Origin: Vicinamibacteria bacterium
GTDB taxonomy: Bacteria > Acidobacteriota > Vicinamibacteria > Marinacidobacterales > Marinacidobacteraceae
NCBI GenBank assembly: GCA_963422395.1
Contig: OY729431.1
Coordinates: 2,464,001 to 2,528,000, forward strand
Length of the DNA stretch: 64,000 nucleotides
Direction: 5' to 3'
The position numbers and the translations under genes are program-made. Under the pieces are notes generated by a model. The model saw nothing but the letters and a program-made list of their open reading frames with translations. It did not search any database and was not told where the DNA came from. This document shows positions 1-8,793 of this stretch, piece after piece; positions within the stretch are counted from its first letter, which is position 1; each line of letters opens with the position of its first letter.

Positions 1-2
1 AG

Positions 3-200
3 ATCTTCCGCGAGGTGGTGGACCGGCTCGCGGAACCGGAGGATGCCGTCTTGAAGAGCGCCCTCCGCGAGGTCGGGATCGACCGTCTGCTCGGGGGCGG
101 GGAGGACGGCGGTCCGCGGCCGGCGAAGTGGTCGGCCGGGCGGTCAGAACGCGCTGCCGCTGCTTCCGAACTCCAGCCGGCGAACCCGGCGGATCCGTAG
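3..200 (+). CDS. 3' end of a gene entering from the left edge; unknown product
   Basis: Frame is open from the window start (IFREVVDRLAEPEDAVLKSALREVG...) to TAG at 198-200, with host-like codon usage. Confidence 0.5.
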   Translation: MFREVVDRLAEPEDAVLKSALREVGIDRLLGGGEDGGPRPAKWSAGRSERAAAASELQPANPADP

Positions 201-201
201 G

Positions 202-624
202 CTAACGACGGCGACGCCGGCGCCGGGGGATGATCTCGATCTGACTGCGCTCGGTGGCGCGGATGAAGAGGAGTTCGGCCTGCTGCTCGAGCTCGCCGGT
301 GATCTTGAGAATCCGCCCCGGCGAGTAGCGTTTCACGGGGTCGGTTCCCGTCCAGTTGTGGAGGTCGCTCAGCGGGATGAGCACCTGGAAGGGAAAGTTC
401 AGGGTGGCGCCGTGGAAGAAGATGTGCACCCCGTCGTTGTTGCGGTCCACCCTCGTAACCTGGCCCCGAACGACCAGCGACTCGCCGACATGCTCGGCGG
501 TGATTTCACTCGGTTCGATGAACTCTTCTTCTTCGGCGGGCGGATCCTGCCCGAGCGCCGTGGTCCCGAGCAGGAAAGCGAACCCTACGGCGGTCGCCGC
601 GGAGAGCGTAAAGCGAAATCTCAT
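202..624 (-). CDS. Secreted hypothetical protein, OB-fold-like, with C-terminal poly-Arg
   Basis: ATG 624; signal peptide MRFRFTLSAATAVGFAFLLGTTALG; beta-rich pattern HVGESLVVRGQVTRV...LKITGEL; ends PRRRRRRR. Confidence 0.6.
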   Translation of the reverse strand: MRFRFTLSAATAVGFAFLLGTTALGQDPPAEEEEFIEPSEITAEHVGESLVVRGQVTRVDRNNDGVHIFFHGATLNFPFQVLIPLSDLHNWTGTDPVKRYSPGRILKITGELEQQAELLFIRATERSQIEIIPRRRRRRR

Positions 625-805
625 GACTGCCTCCCTCGGCCCGCAAGGGCCTCCAGCATCCTGCGGGCGGGACATCACACCGGCAGGGCCCTGTTTGTAA
701 CAAGACGACCGCCTCCGAGTCAAAAGCCGGACGGACGAGTCGAGCCGGACCCCGCCTTCGGGCTCTCCGATTCGACGGGTCGAGCCGGACCTGCCGCCGG
801 CTGGT

Positions 806-1519
806 TCAGTGCAGGGTCTCGGAGTTCCCGCGGCGTCCCGGTCCGGAGTAGCGATCGAAGCGCGCCCGCCGGCGGCGCCGCAACAGGTCGTTCCACGCCC
901 GCCGGAGGCGCGCCCCCCCCGGTCGGATCAGACCGTCGCGGCGCAGCAGGAAATAGCCGACCGCCAACCCGCCGAGATGCGCGATGTGCGACACGCCGTC
1001 GGATGCCGCGGAGAGCGAGCTCGCGAGCGCGATGAAGCCGAGGACGATCACCAGGTGGCGGGCGCTCATCGGGATCAGGCCGAAGATGTACACCGGAGCC
1101 TGAGGAAAGAGGACTCCGAACGCCAGCAACAGCCCGTACACCGCACCCGAGGCACCGATGTGGTTCGCGTGGAAGAACGCCGGGAGAGGCAGCAGGGTGA
1201 AGAGCCCGGCCCCCACTCCGGTGAGCAGGTAGTAGCGCAAGAAGCGGCGCCGGCCCCAGACCCGCTCCAGCTGGGAACCGAACATGTAGAGGACGAACAT
1301 GTTCAGCAGCAGGTGGAACAGCCCTCCGTGCAAGAACATGTAGGTGAACAGGCGCCACACCTGGAGTTGCAGCACCGCCGTCGGGATCAGTCCGAAAAAT
1401 CCGGTGACCGCGGGGACGACCGCCTGGACCAGGAACACCCCGCCGCTGATGAGGATGAGGTGCTTGACCGCTTCCGTCAGCTGCGGGCCGCCGAGGGCCG
1501 AAGTGCCGGGCCGGAACAC
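806..1519 (-). CDS. Rhomboid family intramembrane serine protease
   Basis: WRLFTYMFLH, HLLLNM, catalytic GASG and AHLGG motifs; multiple TM segments. Confidence 0.93.
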   Translation of the reverse strand: MFRPGTSALGGPQLTEAVKHLILISGGVFLVQAVVPAVTGFFGLIPTAVLQLQVWRLFTYMFLHGGLFHLLLNMFVLYMFGSQLERVWGRRRFLRYYLLTGVGAGLFTLLPLPAFFHANHIGASGAVYGLLLAFGVLFPQAPVYIFGLIPMSARHLVIVLGFIALASSLSAASDGVSHIAHLGGLAVGYFLLRRDGLIRPGGARLRRAWNDLLRRRRRARFDRYSGPGRRGNSETLH

Positions 1520-1533
1520 GGGCTGTCAGGCTG

Positions 1534-4383
1534 TCAGGAAGCGCGCCGCGCCGCCGGCGCCGGTTCCAGGATGCCGCGCAGGTAGCGCCCGGTCCAGGAA
1601 CGGGGATTTTCGGCGACCGCCTCCGGTGGACCCGCCGCCACCAGCTCGCCGCCGGCCTCGCCGCCCTCGGGACCGAGGTCCACCAGGTAGTCGGCGGTCT
1701 TGATCACATCCAGGTTGTGCTCGATCACCACTACGGTGTTTCCGGCTTCGACGAGCCGGTCGAGTACCCGCAGCAGCCGGGCGATGTCGTCGAAGTGGAG
1801 GCCGGTGGTCGGCTCGTCGAGGATATAGAGCGTATCGCCGCCGCCGCGCTTCGCCAGCTCGCGGGACAGTTTCACCCGCTGGGCTTCGCCGCCCGAAAGC
1901 GTCGGGGAAGGCTGGCCGAGCCGGAGGTAGCCGAGCCCCACATCCTCGAGGGTGCGCAGGATGTGCAGGATCGCTGGTTGCGATCCGAACACCGGGATGG
2001 CTTCGCTCACCGTGAGGTCGAGGACCTCGGCGATGGAACGGCCCTGGTACCGCACGGTGAGGGTCTGATCGTTGAACCGCCGCCCCTTGCAGACCTGGCA
2101 GGACACGAACACATCGGCGAGAAAGTGCATCTCGACCCGGATCACGCCGTCCCCGCGGCAGTGCTCACAGCGCCCGCCGGCCACATTGAAGGAAAATCGG
2201 CCCGGCCGGTACCCTTGGGCGCGCGCCGCCGGCAGAGCGGCGAAGAGGGTGCGGATGCCGTCGAAGACCTTGGTGTATGTCGCCGGATTGGAGCGGGGAG
2301 TGCGCCCGATGGGGGACTGGTCGATGTCCACCACCCGCCCGACCCGCGAGATCCCCTCGATCCGGGTATGGGCGCCGACCGGCCGTTCGGCCTGGTGCAG
2401 GGCGCGGGCGAGCGCGCGGTAGAGCACCTCGTAGACGAGAGTGCTCTTGCCGGCGCCCGATACCCCGGTGACTCCGACGAAAGACCCGAGCGGAATCTGC
2501 ACACTCACATTCTTCAGGTTGTTCGCGCGGGCGCCGACGATGCGGATCACCGCCGGCGCCGGTCTCCGCTGCTTCGGAATCGGGATCTCGAGATCCCCCC
2601 GCAGATAACGGCCGGTCAGCGAACGCGCCTGCTCCCGGATCGCCGCCGGCGGTCCGGAGGCCACCAGCTCGCCCCCGTACACCCCGGCTCCGGGGCCGAA
2701 GTCGAGCACATGGTCGGCGGATTCGATGGTCTCCCGGTCGTGCTCGACGACGACCACGGTGTTCCCGAGGTCCCGGAGCCGGTGCAGTGCTTCGAGCAGC
2801 TTCCCGTTGTCGCGGGCGTGGAGTCCGATGGAGGGCTCGTCGAGGATGTAGATCACTCCGGTGAGCTCGGACCCGATCTGGCTGGCGAGCCGGATGCGCT
2901 GGGATTCCCCGCCGGAGAGGCTCGGCGCCAGCCGGTCGAGCGACAGGTAGGCGAGGCCCACATCGGTGAGGAAGCGCAGCCGGCCGGCGATCTCCTTGAG
3001 GATCTCCGCGCCGATGACCCGTGCGGTTCCCTCGAGTTCGAGGTTCCGGGCGAATTCCAGCGCGTCCCCGATGGACATGCCGGAGATGTCCGCCATCGTC
3101 CGGCCGCCGACCTCGACCGCCAGCGCCTCGGGCCGCAGCCGGCGGCCGCCGCACGCCCGACAGGCCCGGCTCGAGAAGAAGCGGGAGTAGTAGCGGCGCG
3201 CCCGGTCGGAGGTGGTCTCCCGCATCCGGCGGGTCAGGACATTCGAGACTCCCTCCCATCGCACTCGGTGCACGGTTTCCTGGTAGCGCACCGCGACCCG
3301 CTCCTCGCCGGCACCCCGGAGCAGGATCTCCCGTTTCGCCGACGCGAGCCGGGACCAGGCGCGGTCGAGATCCACCTCGTACCGCTTTGCGACCCCGCGC
3401 ACGATCAGCGACTCCCAGCCTTCCTTTTCGGCGAAGCGGCCCCAGGGCGCCACCGCTCCCTCATTCACACTCAGCGACGGATCGGGGACCAGAAGTTCCT
3501 CGTCCACCTCGCTGCTCGCGCCGAGCCCGTTGCAGTCCCGGCACATCCCCTGCGGGCTGTTGAAGGAGAAGAGCTGCGGGGTGAGTTCCGGAAACCCCAC
3601 GCCGCAGTTCGGGCAGCCGTTCTTCTCGGAGAAGATGCGGTCGTCGGCTTCGCCCTCGACGGCGGCCATCAGCACCCCGTCGCCCTCTCGAAGCGCGGTT
3701 TCCACCGAATCGGTCACCCGGCTGCGCCATTCGTCGGTGGGCGGTCCCTTGCGGGCCAGCCGGTCCACCACGATCTCGACATCGTGCTTGCGGCGCTTGT
3801 CGAGTGCCGGAACCTCCTCGACGAGCTGGATCTCCCCATCGATCCGGGCCCGCGAGAAACCCCGGCGCAGGATCGTCTCGAGCGCGCCGCGGAACTCGCC
3901 GCGGCGGTTCGCCAGTACCGGTGCGAGGATCAGGAAGCGAGCGCCGACGGGAAGGGCGGCGAGCTCCTCGACGATCTCCTGCGCACTCCGGGGGCTGACC
4001 GCGCGACCGCACCGGGGGCAATGCGCCGCCCCGATCCGGGCGAAGAGCACCCGGAGGTAGTCCGAAATCTCGGTGATCGTTCCGACGGTGGAACGCGGGT
4101 TGTGGCTCGCCGACTTCTGGTCCACCGAGATCGTGGGCGACAGGCCCTGGATCGTGTCGTAGAGCGGCTTGTCCATCTGCCCCAGGAATTGGCGGGCATA
4201 ACTGGACAGCGACTCCACATAACGCCGCTGGCCTTCGGCGTAGAGGGTGTCGAGCGCCAGCGAGGACTTACCCGACCCCGAAACCCCGCTCAGGACGACG
4301 AGGCGCTTTTTCGGGATGCGAACGGTGATGTTCTTGAGGTTGTGCTGCCGGGCGCCCCGCACCACGATGCTGTCGGGCTCCAT
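1534..4383 (-). CDS. uvrA: Excinuclease ABC subunit A
   Basis: GARQHNLKN, two Walker A motifs (GVSGSGKSS, GVSGAGKST), LSGGESQRI/LSGGEAQRV signatures, Zn-finger CxxC pairs; 949 aa. Confidence 0.98.
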   Translation of the reverse strand: MEPDSIVVRGARQHNLKNITVRIPKKRLVVLSGVSGSGKSSLALDTLYAEGQRRYVESLSSYARQFLGQMDKPLYDTIQGLSPTISVDQKSASHNPRSTVGTITEISDYLRVLFARIGAAHCPRCGRAVSPRSAQEIVEELAALPVGARFLILAPVLANRRGEFRGALETILRRGFSRARIDGEIQLVEEVPALDKRRKHDVEIVVDRLARKGPPTDEWRSRVTDSVETALREGDGVLMAAVEGEADDRIFSEKNGCPNCGVGFPELTPQLFSFNSPQGMCRDCNGLGASSEVDEELLVPDPSLSVNEGAVAPWGRFAEKEGWESLIVRGVAKRYEVDLDRAWSRLASAKREILLRGAGEERVAVRYQETVHRVRWEGVSNVLTRRMRETTSDRARRYYSRFFSSRACRACGGRRLRPEALAVEVGGRTMADISGMSIGDALEFARNLELEGTARVIGAEILKEIAGRLRFLTDVGLAYLSLDRLAPSLSGGESQRIRLASQIGSELTGVIYILDEPSIGLHARDNGKLLEALHRLRDLGNTVVVVEHDRETIESADHVLDFGPGAGVYGGELVASGPPAAIREQARSLTGRYLRGDLEIPIPKQRRPAPAVIRIVGARANNLKNVSVQIPLGSFVGVTGVSGAGKSTLVYEVLYRALARALHQAERPVGAHTRIEGISRVGRVVDIDQSPIGRTPRSNPATYTKVFDGIRTLFAALPAARAQGYRPGRFSFNVAGGRCEHCRGDGVIRVEMHFLADVFVSCQVCKGRRFNDQTLTVRYQGRSIAEVLDLTVSEAIPVFGSQPAILHILRTLEDVGLGYLRLGQPSPTLSGGEAQRVKLSRELAKRGGGDTLYILDEPTTGLHFDDIARLLRVLDRLVEAGNTVVVIEHNLDVIKTADYLVDLGPEGGEAGGELVAAGPPEAVAENPRSWTGRYLRGILEPAPAARRAS

Positions 4384-4433
4384 CGGGTGGCCTGGAGTCT
4401 AAACAGGAATCCCGGTCCCGGAAGCCTCCGCTC

Positions 4434-4464
4434 CCAGCAGTCTGTGGATGAAGTGGCGCGAGCC
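4434..4464 (+). mobile_element. Orphan end of the IS1182-like/MITE family
   Basis: ccag-CAGTCTGTGGATGAAGTGGCGCGAGCC matches the reverse complement of the MITE end at ~48383-48409 and the IS end at ~45016-45042. Confidence 0.8.
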
Positions 4465-4557
4465 GCGCCGGAAAGGCCTCCCCCCTCCCGGCCGGGAAAC
4501 GGGCCGCGGAAGGGGTAAACGCCCATACACTCTTCCCGGAGCAGGCGCTTCCCGACC

Positions 4558-5490
4558 ATGAACGAACCCTCCCCCCTCGGCTACGACCAGCCCCTCTTCA
4601 TCCAGCCCTTCGACCACCGGGGCAGCTTCACGAAGTCGTTCTTCGGCATCGAAGGCGCCCCCGAGATCAGCCCCGCGGGAGACGGTTTCGCTCCGGTGGC
4701 AGCCGCGAAGAGCCTGATCTACCGCGGCCTGCTCGAGGCCATCGAGGGAGGCGTCCCGAAAGAGCAGGTGGGGATCTTGGTGGACGCCCAGTTCGGAAGC
4801 CAGGTCCTCACCGACGCCGCCCGGCGCGGCATCCCGCGGGCGGTCTGCATCGAGAAGAGCGGGCAGGCGGTGTTCGATTTCGAATACGGCGCGGGCTGGG
4901 TCAACCACCTCCGCTTCCACGCCCCCGACATCGTGAAGGTGCTCGTCCGCCTCCACCCCGACGACCCCGCGGAAGGAACTGCCGAACAGCTCACCCGGCT
5001 CAAGCTCGTCTCCGACTATCTCCACGGCCCGGAGCGGCGGCTCTTCATGTTCGAGCTGCTGGTCCCGGCCGCCACCGCCGAAGATCGGGAGGCGGGCGCC
5101 GCCTACGACCGGGAGCTGCGCCCCGGGCACATGGTGCGCGCCATCCACCGAATCCAGGACTTCGGCATCGAACCCGACATCTGGAAGATCGAGGGAGTGG
5201 ACTCCCGCGAGGACGCCGCTCGGATCGCGGCGGCCGTCCGCCGCGGTTCCGGCCGTGAACGGGTCGGCTCCATCGTGCTGGGCCGCGGATCCGATGCGGC
5301 GCAGGTCCACGAATGGCTCCGGATCGCCGCTCCGGTGGACGGCTTCATCGGTTTCGCAGTGGGACGCACGAATTTCTCGCGGCCGCTCGCCGACCGCCTC
5401 TCCGGCAAGACCTCCGAGGCCGAGGCCGTCACCCGCATCGCCGCGAACTACCGCTCCTGCGTGGACGCCTGGCGCACCGCCCGCCCCTGA
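4558..5490 (+). CDS. DUF2090 / IolC C-terminal-like class I aldolase (2-deoxy-5-keto-gluconate-6-P aldolase domain)
   Basis: PFDHRGSF, KVLVR, IEPDIWKIEG, VLGRG, GFAVGRT motifs. Confidence 0.85.
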   Translation: MNEPSPLGYDQPLFIQPFDHRGSFTKSFFGIEGAPEISPAGDGFAPVAAAKSLIYRGLLEAIEGGVPKEQVGILVDAQFGSQVLTDAARRGIPRAVCIEKSGQAVFDFEYGAGWVNHLRFHAPDIVKVLVRLHPDDPAEGTAEQLTRLKLVSDYLHGPERRLFMFELLVPAATAEDREAGAAYDRELRPGHMVRAIHRIQDFGIEPDIWKIEGVDSREDAARIAAAVRRGSGRERVGSIVLGRGSDAAQVHEWLRIAAPVDGFIGFAVGRTNFSRPLADRLSGKTSEAEAVTRIAANYRSCVDAWRTARP

Positions 5491-5496
5491 TCGGTC

Positions 5497-5547
5497 CGGT
5501 CGGGCCGACCCATCGGTCGGACTGACCCACCGGTCGGATCAGCCCAT
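5497..5547. repeat. 3 x 17-bp imperfect tandem repeat
   Basis: cggtcgggccgacccat / cggtcggactgacccac / cggtcggatcagcccat, immediately after the stop of the aldolase gene. Confidence 0.75.
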
Positions 5548-5605
5548 CGGACTGGCCGGAGCTGGCGGCCTCTCCAGAGGCGGAGGAGTCAGGCGGTGGG
5601 GATCT

Positions 5606-5806
5606 CTATTCGCCGACGGGCCAGTGCTCGACGCGGACTTCCTCCATGGGGAAGTCCTTCGGGTTCCCCGTCACCGAAACGGCGAATGCCGAGTGCGCAA
5701 CCGCCGTTTTCACCGCGTTCCGGACGAACTCGCTGCGCATTCGCGGCCCGGCGATCTCATCCACCTGGGCGATCAGCGCACCCTGGATATGGATGTGTAA
5801 ACGCAT
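5606..5806 (-). pseudogene. Collapsed VapBC-type toxin-antitoxin remnant (RHH antitoxin N-terminus joined to PIN toxin C-terminus)
   Basis: MRLHIHIQGALIAQVDEIAGPRMRSEFVRNAV is ribbon-helix-helix-like; VTGNPKDFPMEEVRVEHWP resembles the terminal T-x-N-x-x-D-F motif of PIN toxins. Confidence 0.6.
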
Positions 5807-5877
5807 GTGTACGACATAGCCCACCTCCGACCGAGGACGGGTTTCCCATCTCCTCCCCCTCGCGGAATCCCGTGCCC

Positions 5878-7350
5878 TCAGGCCGGCTCGCGGAGTCCGG
5901 CCTTCCGCAGCAGCGCTGCCACCCGGTCCACGGTCTCGTCGAGGCTCAACTCGCTCGTATCGAGACGATGCGCGTCTTCGGCGCGGCGGAGCGGAGCGAT
6001 CTCGCGACCGGCGTCGGTGCGGTCGCGGCCTTCGAGGTCGGACTGCACCGCTCGCCGGTCGGGATCTCCCTCGTCGGCAGAACGGCGGCTCGCGCGGACC
6101 TCGGGGCGGGCTTCCAGGAAGACCTTGACCGCCGCCTCGGGGAAGACCACGGTGCCGATGTCCCGACCCTCGACCACACCGCCCGCCACGGCGGCCTGGC
6201 GCCAGCGCGCGACGAGGACTTCGCGCAGCTCCGGATGGACGGCGATGCGCGACGCGCCGCGGGAGGCCGCTTTCGCCCGCACCTCCCGGGAGACATCCTC
6301 ACCGTCGAGGAAGACCCGGCCCTCGGGGTCGAGGATCACCCGCCAGGCGAAGGCGCGGAGGCCCGGGCCGTCGTCCAGGCTCGCGCCGGCGCGCATGGCG
6401 GCGAGAGCGACCGCCCGGACCGAAGCGCCGGTGTTGAACCAGCCCAGGCCGAACCGCTCCGCCACCGCGCGGGCGACCGAGCTCTTCCCCGCACCAGCCG
6501 ACCCGTCGAGCGCCACGACGAGGGCATCGGAAACGGGTGCGGAAAGAGGCGCCGGACGAGCGGCGGGCGCCGGCACGCCCGCTTCGTCCCGCTCTCCCGA
6601 GGACCGGCGGATCACCGCGCGCAGCTCTGCCACTTCCTCCGCCCGGAGCTTCCGCCAGCGCCCGGGCGCCAGCCCGGTATCGGCGAGGTTCCCGATTTGG
6701 GTGCGGTGCAGCTCCAGCACCGGGTGTCCGAGAACGCTCAGCACCCGACGGATCTCGCGGTTGCGCCCACCCCGCAGCGTCACCCGCAACCGGGAGCGGC
6801 GCTTCGCGGCCGCGCGGTGGGGGAAGCCGGCGATCCATTCCACCTGGTCCAGCCGGAGTGACTCGCCATCCACCCGGAGACCCCGCTGCGCCCGATCCAG
6901 AACCGCCGGCTCCGGAAGCCCCCGGACGGTCGCCAGGTAGGTCTTGGGCACCCGGTAGCGGGGGTGGGCGACACGTTCGGCGAGCTGGCCGTCGTCGGTC
7001 ATCAGCAAAAGCCCCGAACTCTGCCCGTCGAGCCGCCCCACGGGAACGAGCGAACGGAACGAGAGCGGCAGCAGCTCCATGACCGTCGGACGGCGGGCGG
7101 GGTCCGAGCGGGTGGTGAGATACCCGATCGGCTTGTTCAGGACGAGGTAGCGGCGGGCGCGGCCGAGCGCGCGGAGCCTCGCCCCGTCCACCCGGATCTC
7201 GCTGGCCTCCGGATCGGCGCGCACTCCCGGAACCCGGATCACCTGTCCATCCACGGTAACGCGGCCCTCGGCGATCATCCGCTCCGCGGCGCGGCGCGAA
7301 GCGATCCCGGCGGCGGCGATCAGCTTCTGGAGGCGTTCTGCCGCCATCAT
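5878..7350 (-). CDS. rluB-cmk: In-frame fusion of RluB/RsuA-family pseudouridine synthase and cytidylate kinase
   Basis: N-terminus ERLQKLIAAAGIASRR (S4), LNKPIG, VGRLD, GRNREIRR; C-terminus VALDGSAGAGKSS, VVEGRDIGTVVFP, DTSELS. Confidence 0.9.
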   Translation of the reverse strand: MMAAERLQKLIAAAGIASRRAAERMIAEGRVTVDGQVIRVPGVRADPEASEIRVDGARLRALGRARRYLVLNKPIGYLTTRSDPARRPTVMELLPLSFRSLVPVGRLDGQSSGLLLMTDDGQLAERVAHPRYRVPKTYLATVRGLPEPAVLDRAQRGLRVDGESLRLDQVEWIAGFPHRAAAKRRSRLRVTLRGGRNREIRRVLSVLGHPVLELHRTQIGNLADTGLAPGRWRKLRAEEVAELRAVIRRSSGERDEAGVPAPAARPAPLSAPVSDALVVALDGSAGAGKSSVARAVAERFGLGWFNTGASVRAVALAAMRAGASLDDGPGLRAFAWRVILDPEGRVFLDGEDVSREVRAKAASRGASRIAVHPELREVLVARWRQAAVAGGVVEGRDIGTVVFPEAAVKVFLEARPEVRASRRSADEGDPDRRAVQSDLEGRDRTDAGREIAPLRRAEDAHRLDTSELSLDETVDRVAALLRKAGLREPA

Positions 7351-7928
7351 CCGGACCCGACGGCCGGGTCCTGGAGCTCCCCGAGCTCGGGGAGGTCTTC
7401 GAGGCGGTCGAGTCCGAACCGCTCCAGGAATTCCTGCGTGGTGCCGTAGAGGAGCGGCCGCCCCACCACCTTCTTGCGGCCCCGGGAGCGGACCAGCCGA
7501 AGCCGCAAGAGGGTTCCGACGACGCTCGCCGAGTTCGCCCCGCGCAGCGCGCTCAGCTCGGGCACGGTGATCGGCTGGCGATAGGCGATGACCGAGAGCG
7601 CCTCGAGGGCGGGCTCCGAGAGCCGCTCTTCCCGCTTCGGAGCGAGCAGGCGCTCGATGGCGTCCCGCCAGTCCTCGCCGGTCGTCAGCTGGAAGCCGCC
7701 GGCGACACGCGCCAGACAGAGCCCGGAGCCAGCCGTCGCGCAGCGCGCCTCGAGGGCGGCGAGCGCCGCCCGAACCGCCGCCGGGTCGGCGTCGAGGGCG
7801 CGGGCCAGCGATCCCGCGGCGACCGGCGCACCGTGGGAGAAGAGCAGCGCCTCCACGCCCGCCGCCAGAAGCTCGACTGCATCCGGCGACAGACCGGCGG
7901 CGGCGGGTTCGCAGGAGGCGTCCGGCAT
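7347..7928 (-). CDS. scpB: SMC-Scp complex subunit ScpB
   Basis: VEALLF, LSEPALEALSVIAYRQPIT, GRPLLYGTTQEFLERFGL. Confidence 0.95.
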   Translation of the reverse strand: MPDASCEPAAAGLSPDAVELLAAGVEALLFSHGAPVAAGSLARALDADPAAVRAALAALEARCATAGSGLCLARVAGGFQLTTGEDWRDAIERLLAPKREERLSEPALEALSVIAYRQPITVPELSALRGANSASVVGTLLRLRLVRSRGRKKVVGRPLLYGTTQEFLERFGLDRLEDLPELGELQDPAVGSG

Positions 7929-7941
7929 CCTTTCCGTTCCG

Positions 7942-8793
7942 TCAGCCGGAAGCGGGCCCGGAGGCCGGCCGCGATCCGGGCTCGATCCCCTCGATCCGGA
8001 GGGGACCGAAATCCTGCTCCTGCACGACCGAGACCCGGCAGCGGCGGACCAGTTCCAGCACCGCGAGGAACGCCGCCACCAGCGTGGAGCGATCCACCTG
8101 CCCTTCCACGACTTCGAACAGCAGCTCCTCGAAGTCGCGGGCTGCTCCGGTCGGGACGGCCTCCTCGATCCGTCCGATCATCACCCCGAGGGAAATCCGG
8201 GACCTCGGCAACGGCGGCGGCGGACGGGAACGGGCGCGCACCACTACCCGGCGAAACGCCTCGACCACCGCGAAGAGGTCCACTGGAATGGACTCTCCTT
8301 CGGGAGCTGCTCCGGCCCCGTTCCCTTCCCCCCGCGCATCCGGGAGCGACGGCCCTCGGACCCAGACCGAGCTGCGGGCCTCCAGGCTCCGGCGCAGCCG
8401 GTGCGCCGCGTCCCGGTAACGGGCATAGTCCCGGAGCCGCGCCTCGAGCTCCGCCTGGGGATCCTCGCCGGGGGAGCCGGGGGGCGCCGGGCTCGGCAAC
8501 AGCCGCCGCGCCTTGATGCGAAGCAGCGCGGTGGCCAGCTTGAGGAACTCGGAACCCACCCGCAAGTCCAGCATCTCGATCAGTTCGAGGGCCTCGAGGT
8601 ATTGCCGGGTGATGGAACCGATCTCGATCTGCAGCGGGTCCGCCCGGCCGTCCCGCACCATCCGCAGCAGCAGTTCGAGGGGGCCGTCGAACCCCGGCTC
8701 GCCGCCGGGGCCGGGTCCGCCGTCCCAGCGGATGCGGTAGGCCGCCCCCTCCCCCGAGTCCGAGGCTTCCTGCCGGTAGAGGACCGCCGTCAT
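7942..8793 (-). CDS. scpA: Segregation and condensation protein A (kleisin)
   Basis: FDGPLELLL, EFLKLATALLRIKARRLLP, FLAVLEL; adjacent to scpB. Confidence 0.93.
   Translation of the reverse strand: MTAVLYRQEASDSGEGAAYRIRWDGGPGPGGEPGFDGPLELLLRMVRDGRADPLQIEIGSITRQYLEALELIEMLDLRVGSEFLKLATALLRIKARRLLPSPAPPGSPGEDPQAELEARLRDYARYRDAAHRLRRSLEARSSVWVRGPSLPDARGEGNGAGAAPEGESIPVDLFAVVEAFRRVVVRARSRPPPPLPRSRISLGVMIGRIEEAVPTGAARDFEELLFEVVEGQVDRSTLVAAFLAVLELVRRCRVSVVQEQDFGPLRIEGIEPGSRPASGPASG

Noticed and set aside
1717-4518. Long antisense or alternate-frame ORFs (e.g. 1717-4518, 8952-11759, 36341-40255, 40345-43362)
   Set aside because: Shadow ORFs expected in high-GC DNA opposite well-supported genes; no recognisable motifs
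5497-5547. Short repeats as a CRISPR mini-array (also 28212-28256 and 734-791)
   Set aside because: Units are 15-18 bp and either tandem without spacers or only two copies; no CRISPR array found in this window
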